This document shows, piece after piece, positions 49,722-58,874 of a stretch of DNA of 64,000 nt. Where the stretch lies: NCBI GenBank assembly GCA_963851265.1, contig CAWKNZ010000002.1:864001-928000 (forward strand). Direction: 5' to 3'. A model generated the notes under the pieces. It saw only the letters and a program-made list of their open reading frames with translations. It was not told where the DNA came from and made no database searches. The DNA comes from an uncultured Gemmatimonadales bacterium (lineage in GTDB: Bacteria; Gemmatimonadota; Gemmatimonadetes; Gemmatimonadales; Gemmatimonadaceae). The stretch's first letter is position 1. The number at the start of each line of letters is the position of its first letter. The translations under genes were made by a program, and so were the position numbers.

Positions 49722-50782
49722 GCGGCGTCTCCCTCGCGGATCCAAGCCGCGGCGTCCTTCGCGTAATACGAGATCACGAGATCGGCGCCCGCTCGGCGGA
49801 TGGCGATAAGCGATTCGAGCGCGGCCCTCCGACGGTCGAGCCAGCCGCGCTCGGCGGCCGCCTCGAGCATCGCGTACTCGCCGCTCACCTGGTACGCGAC
49901 GAGCGGGAGCGAACTCTTTCGCCGCACGCGGTGAATGACGTCGAGGTAGGCACCGGCGGGCTTCACCATGAGCATGTCGGCGCCCTCGGCTGCGTCGCGC
50001 ATCGACTCGCGCACGGCCTCCCGCGCGTTGCCGGCCGGGAGCTGGTGGCCGGCGCGGTCGCCGAACGACGGCGCGGAGGCGACGGCCTCGCGGAACGGTC
50101 CGTAGAACGCGGACGCGAACTTGGTCGAGTAGGACATGATCGGCACGTCGCGGTGGCCGGCCGCGTCGAGCGCGGCGCGGATCGCGGTGACCTGGCCGTC
50201 CATCATCGCGCTCGGCGCGACGATGTCGACGCCTGCATCGGCGTAGGCCACGGCGGCCGCGGCGAGCAGCGGGAGCGTGGCGTGGAGGTCGACCACGCCG
50301 GAGTCGTCGAGGGCGCCGCAGTGACCGTGCGCCGTGTACTCGCACAGGCAGACGTCCGCGACGACGAGCAGGTGCGGCGCGCGGGCCTTGATCGCCCGAA
50401 TCGCGCGGGGCACCGGGCCGTGGGGTGCGTACGCGCCGGTCCCGCACGCATCCTTCGCGTCGGGGATGCCGAACAGGAGCACCGACGACAGTCCGTGCGC
50501 GACGACCGCGTCGATCTCCTGCTCGAGCCGGTCGACCGTCCATTGCGCGTGCCCCGGGAGGGACGCGATCGGCTGCACGATGTCGACGCCGTCGCGGATG
50601 AAGAGCGGGAGGATCAGGTGCTCGGGGCGGAGCGACGTTTCGGCAAGCATGCGCCGCGCGGCCGACAGCTGGCGCAGGCGCCCGATGCGGCCTGCCGCGG
50701 CGGCCGGCGCGCTTGGGGCGGGCTGGCCGCGGTCGCGTGACGGCGGCGCCGGAGTGGCGCGGCGATCGAGTACGGAAGACAT
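49718..50782 (-). CDS. hemB: Porphobilinogen synthase (Zn-binding type)
   Basis: DVCLCEYTAHGHCG; APSAMMDG; FYGPFREA; MVKP; AYQVSGEY. Confidence 0.96.
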   Translation of the reverse strand: MSSVLDRRATPAPPSRDRGQPAPSAPAAAAGRIGRLRQLSAARRMLAETSLRPEHLILPLFIRDGVDIVQPIASLPGHAQWTVDRLEQEIDAVVAHGLSSVLLFGIPDAKDACGTGAYAPHGPVPRAIRAIKARAPHLLVVADVCLCEYTAHGHCGALDDSGVVDLHATLPLLAAAAVAYADAGVDIVAPSAMMDGQVTAIRAALDAAGHRDVPIMSYSTKFASAFYGPFREAVASAPSFGDRAGHQLPAGNAREAVRESMRDAAEGADMLMVKPAGAYLDVIHRVRRKSSLPLVAYQVSGEYAMLEAAAERGWLDRRRAALESLIAIRRAGADLVISYYAKDAAAWIREGDAA

Positions 50783-50799
50783 ACGAGGGGCAGCGAGGG

Positions 50800-51654
50800 T
50801 CAGCCGGCCGGCTGTGGGTGCCGGCCGCGCATCAGATGATCGAGTGTAGCGGCAACGAGCGCGTCGTCGTGCGGCGCGGCGGCGACCGCCGACACGCGGA
50901 GGCCTCGAACGGCGCACGCGTCGGCGGTGGTCGGGCCGATGCAGACCGTCGCGCACGCGTCCGGCGGGACGCCGGCCGCGACCAACGCGCGAATCAGCGC
51001 GCCTGCGGCCGACGGACTCGCGACGAGCACGGCGTCCAGCATCCCCGCCGCGGCCGCTGCCGCGAACTCGGCCAGCGCGTCGGGCGGCGCGTCGAGTGTG
51101 CGATAGGCGACCACGCGGTCGACCCGCGCGCCTCGTGCGGCGAGCAGCGACGGGAGCGCGTCGCGTGCGCGGTCGGCGCAGGGAAACAGCACTCGCGCAC
51201 CCCACATGCTGGGAAGTGCGCCTGCGAGCCCGTCGGCCGTCTGGAGCGGCGGTATCAGATCTACCCGCCCGAAGGCGAGGCGTGCCGCACGTGCGGTCGC
51301 CTCGCCGACGACAGCGACCCGCGTGCCGCGCGCGACCCTGGCGTCACACCCGACCTCGTGCGGCGCGCGCAGGCCGAACGCGTCGAGGCGGGACACGATG
51401 GCGTCGACCGCGGCGGCACTGGTGAGCGCGAGCCAGTGGTAGACCGGCTCGGGCGTGCGCGCCGCGAGTTGATGGAGTGCCAGATCGAGCGCGTGGTACG
51501 AAGCGGGCGGAGCGACGGCGATGGCCGGCGCCACGATCACGGTCGCGCCGAGCGCTTCGAGCCGGGTGACGAGCGCGTGGGCGCGCTCGCGCGGGCGGGT
51601 GACGGCGATGACGCGACCGGAAAGCGGCGCGTCGCCAGCACCCGCGTGCGTCAC
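50800..51654 (-). CDS. hemD: Uroporphyrinogen-III synthase
   Basis: IAVTRPRE; LTSAAAV; VGEATA; VAYRT; ASPSA; CIGPTTA. Confidence 0.88.
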   Translation of the reverse strand: MTHAGAGDAPLSGRVIAVTRPRERAHALVTRLEALGATVIVAPAIAVAPPASYHALDLALHQLAARTPEPVYHWLALTSAAAVDAIVSRLDAFGLRAPHEVGCDARVARGTRVAVVGEATARAARLAFGRVDLIPPLQTADGLAGALPSMWGARVLFPCADRARDALPSLLAARGARVDRVVAYRTLDAPPDALAEFAAAAAAGMLDAVLVASPSAAGALIRALVAAGVPPDACATVCIGPTTADACAVRGLRVSAVAAAPHDDALVAATLDHLMRGRHPQPAG

Positions 51655-52625
51655 ACCGCGCCCGCGCGACGCACGCCCGCGACCTCGAGCAGCACGTCTC
51701 CGCCGTCGGCGATGAGGCGCTCGGCCAGCGCGTGCCCCAGGGCGGCCGCGTCCGCGGCGGCGCCCTCGATGCGGCTGCGGACGGGCGCCTGGCCGAGCGT
51801 CGGGTCGAGCACCCCGATCATCCCGTCCACGCGCAGCGCGCCGCCTGGCAGGAGAGTGGCGTGCGCGCCGGTGGGGGCGGTACACCCTGCGCCGAGTCGG
51901 GCGAGAAACGCGCGCTCGGCGGTCACCGCGGTCCGGGTGCGCGCATCGTCGAGGGGCGCGACCGCCGCGAGCGCCTCGGCGTCGTCGGCGCGAACCTCGA
52001 TGCCGATGGCGCCCTGGCTCACGGCGGGGAGCATCACGTCGGTGCTCAGGTACTCCGTGATGCGCGCGGCGAGACCCAGGCGGTGCAGCCCGGCGGCGGC
52101 GAGGAGAATCGCGTCGTACTGCCCCTCGTCGAGCTTGCGGAGTCGCGTGTCGACGTTCCCCCGCACGTCGCGCACGTCCAGGTCGGGGCGCAGTGCGCGG
52201 ACCGCACTCGCGCGGCGCGGGCTGCTCGTGCCGAGCACGGCCCCGTGCGCGAGGTCGGCGAAGCGCGGGCCGCGGGTCACCACCACGTCGCGCGGGTCCT
52301 CGCGCGGCGGGAACGCGCCCAACGCGAAGGCCGGCGCGAGCGTGGAGGGAAGGTCCTTCGCGCTGTGGACGGCGACGTCGATGTCGCCACGGCGGAGCGC
52401 CTGCTCCAGCTCGACCGCGAAGACGCCGCGCCCGCCGATCGCGGAGAGCGGGACGTCCGTCCGCACGTCGCCCTGCGTCGTGATGATCTGGATGTCGAAC
52501 GTGTGGTCGGGCCAGCGCGCGCGGAGCGCCCCGGCGACCGCGGTCGCCTGCGCGAGCGCGAGCGCGCTGCCCCGCGTGCCGATGCGGAAGGTGCGACCGG
52601 CCGCGGCCGCGTGCCCGTTCGTCAC
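51651..52625 (-). CDS. hemC: Hydroxymethylbilane synthase
   Basis: IGTRGSALALAQ; VHSAKDLP; GTSSPRR; RGNVDTRLRKL; LGAGC. Confidence 0.96.
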   Translation of the reverse strand: MTNGHAAAAGRTFRIGTRGSALALAQATAVAGALRARWPDHTFDIQIITTQGDVRTDVPLSAIGGRGVFAVELEQALRRGDIDVAVHSAKDLPSTLAPAFALGAFPPREDPRDVVVTRGPRFADLAHGAVLGTSSPRRASAVRALRPDLDVRDVRGNVDTRLRKLDEGQYDAILLAAAGLHRLGLAARITEYLSTDVMLPAVSQGAIGIEVRADDAEALAAVAPLDDARTRTAVTAERAFLARLGAGCTAPTGAHATLLPGGALRVDGMIGVLDPTLGQAPVRSRIEGAAADAAALGHALAERLIADGGDVLLEVAGVRRAGAV

Positions 52626-53716
52626 GCGGCGGCGTGCGCCGCGGCCGACGGCGCGCGGCCCGGCTCGGTCGCCCCGTCTCCGGCGCCTTCGACGCGCTGC
52701 GGAACTGGTCCGCGCTCCGCGTGGATCGGCGACGCGCCTTCGGCCAGTTCGGCGCGACTGCGCGTGGTGGGCGGCGGGACGTCCACGCGCACGGTGTTCT
52801 CGCCCGCGACCGCGCGCGCGGCGATGTCGACGAGCGCGGCGACGAAATCTGGACGCACGTTAGGCAGCGCCGTACGCCGGTAGGTGATGCCGAGTTCCTC
52901 GGCCTTGTGCTTCGCCTCGATGTCGAGATCGTAGAGGATCTCGAGGTGGTCGCAGACGAAACCGATGGGCACCTGGAGGACGTGCTCGACGCCTTCGGAC
53001 CGCAACTGGGGCAGGAAGTCGAGGATGTCGGGACCGATCCAGGGCTCGCCGGTCATGCCGGCGCTCTGCCACGCGCGGCGGTAGCCGGGAAGCCCCGCGC
53101 GCTCGGACACGAGCCGTGCGCTCTCTTCGAGTTGCGCCTCGTACGGGTCGCCCCAGGTGCGGATGCGCTCGGGCAGCGAGTGTGCCGAGAACACGACCGT
53201 GACGTCGCCGCGCTCGGTGGCGGGCCACTTCGCGAGCTCGTCGCCGACCACGGTCGCGATCGTGCCGATGAAGCCGGGGTCGTCGTGCCACTGCTCGACG
53301 AAGTCGACCGTGAATTCGACGCCGTGCTTGTGCATGCCTTCGAACAGGTAGCGCTGGTACCCGCCGACCGAGAAGCGAGAGTAGTGCGGCGCGAGCACGA
53401 GGCAGACGACGCGCTCGACGCCGTCGGCCGCCATCTGCGCGACCGCCTCGGCGATCCACGGCGTCCAGTGCTTCATACCGACGTACACGGGCACGTCGAG
53501 GCCGCGCGCCGCGAGGCCGGCGGCGACCGCGTCCCGCACCTCGTTCGTGAGGCGCGTGAGCGGCGTGCGACCGCCCACCGCCTCGTACCGGTGCCGGAGG
53601 TCGTCCATCCGCTCCTGCGAGGGCGGGCGTCCGCCGCGGATGTGCGTGTAGTACGGCTCGATGTGCTCCGGCGTCTCGGGCGTGCCGTATGCGAGGAGCA
53701 GCAGTGCGGTCTTCAT
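52622..53716 (-). CDS. hemH: Ferrochelatase, Firmicute-type (CpfC-like)
   Basis: LLAYGTP..IEPYYTHIRGGRPP..DLRHRYEAVGG; VFSAHSLP; WQSAG; GFVCDHLEILYDLD. Confidence 0.93.
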   Translation of the reverse strand: MKTALLLLAYGTPETPEHIEPYYTHIRGGRPPSQERMDDLRHRYEAVGGRTPLTRLTNEVRDAVAAGLAARGLDVPVYVGMKHWTPWIAEAVAQMAADGVERVVCLVLAPHYSRFSVGGYQRYLFEGMHKHGVEFTVDFVEQWHDDPGFIGTIATVVGDELAKWPATERGDVTVVFSAHSLPERIRTWGDPYEAQLEESARLVSERAGLPGYRRAWQSAGMTGEPWIGPDILDFLPQLRSEGVEHVLQVPIGFVCDHLEILYDLDIEAKHKAEELGITYRRTALPNVRPDFVAALVDIAARAVAGENTVRVDVPPPTTRSRAELAEGASPIHAERGPVPQRVEGAGDGATEPGRAPSAAAHAAA

Positions 53717-54819
53717 GCGGATGCGGCGGGTCGGACGGAGGTGGAGCGGTGCGTGTGGACCACCTCGACCACACGTTCGATGGCGGCGAGCGGCGTGTGC
53801 GGCAGCAGGCCGTGGCCGAGGTTGAACACGTGGCCCGGTCGCCCGGCGGCGCGGTCGAGGATGTCGCGCGTGTGCGCCTCGACCACGTCGAGCGGCGCGG
53901 AGAGCGCGGCCGGGTCGAGATTGCCTTGCACGCCGAGGTCGTGGCCGACGCGGGCCCATGCCTCGTCCAGGGGAACCCGCCAGTCGAGGCCGATCACGGT
54001 GCCGCCATCGTCCTTCATCATGTCGAGCAGGTGCGCGGTTCCGGTACCGAAGTGCACGAGCGGCACGCGGAGTTCCCGCAGCTCGGCGAAGATGCGCCGC
54101 GTGTACGACCGGACGTGGCGATCGTAGTCGACGGCCGACAGCGCGCCGACCCAGCTATCGAACAGCTGCAGCGCGTCCGCACCGGCCGCGGCGTTGGCGC
54201 GCAGAAAGGCGACGACAATGTCGCAGAGCCGGGTCATCAGCGCGTCCCACACGTCGGGCGCGCCCAACATCATCGCCTTCGTGTGCACGAAATCGCGCGT
54301 CGGGCGCCCCTCGATGAGGTAAGAGGCGAGGGTGAACGGCGCGCCGGCGAAGCCCAGCACGGCGCGGTCGGGTTCGAGCGCGCGGCGGACGATGCGCACC
54401 GCGTCGAGCAGGGCGGGGAGATCGGCCTCGGCGTCGAGCGGGCGCAACGCCTCCACGTCGGCCATCGTGCGCACCGGGCGTGCGATCATCGGCCCGACCT
54501 TCTCGACGATGTCGAGGTCGACGCCGATCCCGACGAGCGGGAGCATGATGTCGCCGAACATCACCGCCGCGTCGAGCGGAAGCCGACGCATCGGTTGCAG
54601 GGTGACCTCGGCGCAGACTTCCGCGATCTCGCAGATCTGGAGCAGCGTGTAACGCTCGCGGACCTTGCGGTACTCGGGAAGGGTGCGCCCGGCCTGGCGC
54701 ATGAACCACACCGGGGTGCGCTCGACGGCGAGTCCGTGTGCAGCGCGAAGGAACGGGCCGGTCGGCGCGGCCGGCGCGTCGAGGGGCACGGTCGGGATCG
54801 GAGACACCCAGGCGGTCAT
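53713..54819 (-). CDS. hemE: Uroporphyrinogen decarboxylase
   Basis: PVWFMRQAGRTLPEYR; GFAGAPFTLASY; QLFDSW; QGNLDP; FNLGHG. Confidence 0.96.
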   Translation of the reverse strand: MTAWVSPIPTVPLDAPAAPTGPFLRAAHGLAVERTPVWFMRQAGRTLPEYRKVRERYTLLQICEIAEVCAEVTLQPMRRLPLDAAVMFGDIMLPLVGIGVDLDIVEKVGPMIARPVRTMADVEALRPLDAEADLPALLDAVRIVRRALEPDRAVLGFAGAPFTLASYLIEGRPTRDFVHTKAMMLGAPDVWDALMTRLCDIVVAFLRANAAAGADALQLFDSWVGALSAVDYDRHVRSYTRRIFAELRELRVPLVHFGTGTAHLLDMMKDDGGTVIGLDWRVPLDEAWARVGHDLGVQGNLDPAALSAPLDVVEAHTRDILDRAAGRPGHVFNLGHGLLPHTPLAAIERVVEVVHTHRSTSVRPAASA

Positions 54820-54858
54820 CGAGCGGGCGGGAGCGGGCGGGGGACGGTCAACGCGCCG

Positions 54859-56370
54859 TCACGACGCCGCCGCGCGGCGCGCGATGCGGGGGTGACGCGG
54901 GCGGGGCGGGGTCGCAGCGGGCTCCTCCAGCATATCGACCGGACCGTCACCCGGCCCTGCCGATTCATAATAGAGCGGCACCGCCTCCTCGCGATCGAGT
55001 CCGAACAGGCGTCGCGCGGCGGCTTCGTGCGCGCGCGGCTCGGCGGCGAGCGCCGCGAGCGGCGCGTGCAGGAGCTTGTTGACGAGGCGTCCGGCGAGCG
55101 CCCGAACGACCTCCTGCTCGCGCGCGTCGAGTCCGTCGAGGCGGGTGAGCGCGCGGGCGAGTTCGCGTTCCCGCACGGCGTCGGCCGTGGCGCGGAGCTG
55201 CGCGATGGTCGGCACGACGTCGCGCGCGCGGAGCCAGCGCGTGAAGCGCCGGGCCCACCGGTCGACCTCGGCGTCGGCCGCCGCCGTGTCACCCGCGGCG
55301 CCGGCATGAACCGGGGCGAGCCCGTCGACGTCCCAGACCGTCACATGCGCCAGGTCGCGCACGTCCAGGTGGACGTTGCGCGGGACGCCGAGGTCGACGA
55401 CGGTGACCGGGCGAGGCACATCACCCGCTCGGCGGCCGCGCGCGCCGTCGGCGAACTGGCGGCCGACGAGGACCGGCGCGGCGGCCGCGGTGCACGCGAA
55501 GACGACGTCGGCGTGCGCGATGGCCGCATCGAGCCCGCTCCACAGGGCCTGCCCCACGCCGTACCGACTCGCGAGCTCGGCCCCGCGGTCGGTCGAGCGG
55601 TTGACGACCGTGACCCTGCGTGCGCCGGCGCGTGCGACGAGGGCGAGGACGTCGCGCGCAGTATCGCCCGCGCCCACCACCACGACGTCGCGTTCGCGGA
55701 GCGCGTCCCCTCCGCCGACCGCACGGACGGCGGCCTCGACCATCGACAGCGGGCCCGGGGCCGCGGGATCGACGGTGCCGACGAGCGGGCGCGCCCGGCG
55801 CCCGGCGGCGAGCGCGGTGCTGCCAAGACGGTGCAGAACCGGCCCGAGCACGCCGTCGGCGCGCGCGTCGGCGAGGGCCCGGCGGAGCTGCCCGGTGATC
55901 TGGGTCTCGCCGAAGATCACCGAGTCGAGGCCGGCGGCCACGCGGCAGAGGTGCCGCGCGGCGTCGGTGCCCACGTGCACGTCGGCGAGCGCGCGGACGT
56001 GTTCGGGGGTGAGCTCGCTGCGTTCGGCTAGCAGCCCGACGAGGGCCGCAACGGTCGCGGCGCGCGCCCCCCGTGGCGCGACCGCGTATAGCTCGATGCG
56101 GTTGCACGTCGAGAGGACGAACGCTTCGTCGACGTGCGCGCGCGCGGCGAGGTGGGCGGCGGCGCCGCGGCCCGGCGCGAACGCCGCGCGTTCGCGAACG
56201 GCGAGCGGCGCGCCGCGCGCGTGTAGCGTGACGGCGACGACCGGAACGAAGTGGGCACGCACGGCCGCGCGATCGGCCGCGGCCGTGCGCCGCCCGTGGC
56301 GCTGGTCACGCCCGGAAGCGGAAGTACCGGAAGACATCAGGACGGGAAACGACACCGCGGGCGGGGTCAC
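54859..56370 (-). CDS. hemA: Glutamyl-tRNA reductase (start uncertain)
   Basis: LSTCNRIELY; GLDSVIFGETQITGQ; VVGAG; DLGVPRNV; KLLHAP. Confidence 0.92.
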   Translation of the reverse strand: MTPPAVSFPVLMSSGTSASGRDQRHGRRTAAADRAAVRAHFVPVVAVTLHARGAPLAVRERAAFAPGRGAAAHLAARAHVDEAFVLSTCNRIELYAVAPRGARAATVAALVGLLAERSELTPEHVRALADVHVGTDAARHLCRVAAGLDSVIFGETQITGQLRRALADARADGVLGPVLHRLGSTALAAGRRARPLVGTVDPAAPGPLSMVEAAVRAVGGGDALRERDVVVVGAGDTARDVLALVARAGARRVTVVNRSTDRGAELASRYGVGQALWSGLDAAIAHADVVFACTAAAAPVLVGRQFADGARGRRAGDVPRPVTVVDLGVPRNVHLDVRDLAHVTVWDVDGLAPVHAGAAGDTAAADAEVDRWARRFTRWLRARDVVPTIAQLRATADAVRERELARALTRLDGLDAREQEVVRALAGRLVNKLLHAPLAALAAEPRAHEAAARRLFGLDREEAVPLYYESAGPGDGPVDMLEEPAATPPRPRHPRIARRAAAS

Positions 56371-57845
56371 GCGGCCGCGGCGGCGTGCGCCGGGCGGAGC
56401 GCGGTGAGGACGCGGTCGGCCGCGGCCTCGCCCGAGCAGATACAGTCGGGAATGCCGACACCCTGATAGGCGTTGCCGGCGAGAGCGAGCCACGGATGGT
56501 CAGCCACGCGATCGGCGACGCGCGCGACGCGCGCGCCGTGGCCGAGCGTGTACTGCGGCATCGCGTCGATCCAGCGTGCGACGCGGGTGAAGCGTGGCGC
56601 GGCGTGCACGCCCAACACCTCGCGGAGTTCGGCGCGGGCGAGGGCGATCAACCGCTCCTCGTCGTGGTGGACCAGTTCGGGGCGGTGCGCGCCGCCCAGG
56701 AACAGGCGGAAGAGGGCCGCGTCGTTCGGGACCCGGCCCGCCCACTTGCTCGAGAGCCACGTGCAGGCCATGACGGCGCGCCCTTCTGCGCCCGGCACGA
56801 CGTACCCCGTGCCGTCGAGGGCGCGGGGTACGTCGGCGAGGGCATACGCGAGCGTGACGGTCGCCGTCGATCCGTGAGTGACCGTGGCGAGGTCGGCCGC
56901 GAGCCGCCCGTCGACACCGCGCAGCAGCGGGACGGCGGCAGACGCGGGCGTCGCGACGATCACGGCGTCGGCGTCGAGGACCACGTCGTCGAGAACGACA
57001 CGCGCGCGGGGACGTCCCCACGCGTCGACCGCGTCGGGCGCCTGGAGTGCACGGACGGGCGCACCCCGAACGATGCGCACGCGCGCCGACGCCAGGAGCC
57101 AGCGTTCGAGCGCCTCGATCAGCTCCGCCAGTCCCGTCGGGAGCGACAGGAACGGCGACGGCGCCGGCCCGCCCGACGCGGTCGCGGCGGCGCGAGCGCG
57201 CAGCCCGCGCAGGAGGCTCCCGTGCGCGCGCTCGATCGCGCGCAGTTGCGGGAACGTCGCCTCGATGCTGAGTTCGGCGCCGTCGCCGGCGTAGATGCCC
57301 GTGAGGAGCGGCTCGACGAGCCGGTCGTACGCCTGGCGGCCCATGCGCCGCACGACGAAGGATCGGATCGACTCGTCGCCGGACTCGTGGCGCGCGCGGA
57401 GCCACGGTTCGAGGGCCACGCGGGCGAGGCCGGTCCCGGACAGGATGCCCGACGTCGCGAGCGGGCGGAGCTGCGTGGGCATGAGCCCCGAGAGCCCGGC
57501 CGGGAGTCGGCGGAGGCGGCCCGCACGATACACGTAGGCGCCGCGCGCGCTCGACCCGTGGAGGCGATCGGCGAGCCCGAGCCGTGCGCAGAGCGCGCGC
57601 GTCGCCGGCTTCGCCGCGATCACCGAATCGGCCCCCACCTCGAACGTGTACGCGCCCGACCGTTCGGTGTGGATCATCCCGCCGAGTCGCGGGGTGGCCT
57701 CGACCACCGTCACCGTCGCCCGGGGGTCCGACCGGATCACGCGCTCGGCTGCCGCGAGCCCACTCACGCCTCCGCCGACCACCACCACATGTGGTGCGAC
57801 GGAGTCGAACGTGACATCGGAGCGGGCGCGCATGTGGTCGAACAT
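56367..57845 (-). CDS. hemY: Copro-/protoporphyrinogen oxidase HemY (CgoX)
   Basis: VVGGGVSGLAAA; GADS; EPLLTGIYAGD; SIEATFPQL; MPQYTLGH; GVGIPDCI. Confidence 0.93.
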   Translation of the reverse strand: MFDHMRARSDVTFDSVAPHVVVVGGGVSGLAAAERVIRSDPRATVTVVEATPRLGGMIHTERSGAYTFEVGADSVIAAKPATRALCARLGLADRLHGSSARGAYVYRAGRLRRLPAGLSGLMPTQLRPLATSGILSGTGLARVALEPWLRARHESGDESIRSFVVRRMGRQAYDRLVEPLLTGIYAGDGAELSIEATFPQLRAIERAHGSLLRGLRARAAATASGGPAPSPFLSLPTGLAELIEALERWLLASARVRIVRGAPVRALQAPDAVDAWGRPRARVVLDDVVLDADAVIVATPASAAVPLLRGVDGRLAADLATVTHGSTATVTLAYALADVPRALDGTGYVVPGAEGRAVMACTWLSSKWAGRVPNDAALFRLFLGGAHRPELVHHDEERLIALARAELREVLGVHAAPRFTRVARWIDAMPQYTLGHGARVARVADRVADHPWLALAGNAYQGVGIPDCICSGEAAADRVLTALRPAHAAAAA

Positions 57846-58226
57846 ACGACGGGTTATGGGCGGAACCATTCGGAGTGGTGCGGAGTCGTGCGGACCGGAC
57901 GACCACGACGCATCCGAACGATTACGTAGACGGCGCGTGACACGGACCAAGCGCGGGCGCGCTTGTGGCGCGGGAACGACGGAGCGCGGCGACGGCGCCG
58001 CGTCATGCGGCGCCCGCGGTCGCGTTGGGCGCGGGCGCCGAGCAGGACGCAACTGTATGCGGCATCGAGAGTTCCGGGTTCTGTATCGGCGACGTCGTGG
58101 GGCGAGCGGCGCGGCACGTCCCACGGTCCGGGGCGTGCAACGTCGCGAGCACGCCGGCCCTGATCTCCGTGCGCACGGCGACGAGCCGTACGTGATTCTC
58201 CGATCCAGCCTACAAGCGAACACCCG

Positions 58227-58703
58227 ATGGGCATTGTTTCCCTATTCGCCGCGGCGTCGGTCTTCGTGGCGGTTGCCGCCGCTCCTCCGACGTCGGCGAA
58301 CGTGGCTGGCGTGTGGGCGACGGTCGTCGACTGCGACGCGGTGCGCGTCGAGCTCGACACGGGTGGCGTCGCGCACGGGCCCGAGGCTCGGCAGCGGGCG
58401 ACGGCCGAAGGCCCGCTTCGGGCGCGTCTGCGCTGGACGCTCCGCGACGCCGACGTGAGCCCGTCGGCGTGGGCACTCGGGGTCCGGACGACGCTCGACG
58501 ATCTCGACGTCGACTGCGCCTCCGGTTCGTCACGAACGGTGGCGTCGCGCGCGTTCACCGCGGGCGGCGAATTCGTCGAAGGGGCGAGCGCGGCCGTCGA
58601 GGCGCCCGCCTGGCGACGACACGCCGCGGGCAGCGTCGGCGCGCTCGTGACCGCGGCCGTGTGTCGCGCGGCGGGACGGGCGGTCGGCGCGGCCGCTGCC
58701 TAA
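58227..58703 (+). CDS. Secreted protein, surface-adhesin E-like
   Basis: Signal peptide; DVDCA...W...GSVG...AVC two-cysteine pattern. Confidence 0.55.
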   Translation: MGIVSLFAAASVFVAVAAAPPTSANVAGVWATVVDCDAVRVELDTGGVAHGPEARQRATAEGPLRARLRWTLRDADVSPSAWALGVRTTLDDLDVDCASGSSRTVASRAFTAGGEFVEGASAAVEAPAWRRHAAGSVGALVTAAVCRAAGRAVGAAAA

Positions 58704-58874
58704 CGGTGCCGAGCGGGGCGGGCGTCGCCGCGCGCAGTCGCCCGGGCGGTCCGGCGCCGGTGTGCGCCGCGCGACCGACCCCCTGCCTGCCCGCGGCACG
58801 GGTCGGCTATCATCTGTGATGGTCATCTCGGGACGCTCCGCGCGAGCGCCCGCCGCGCATCCGCCCCGCCCGCC

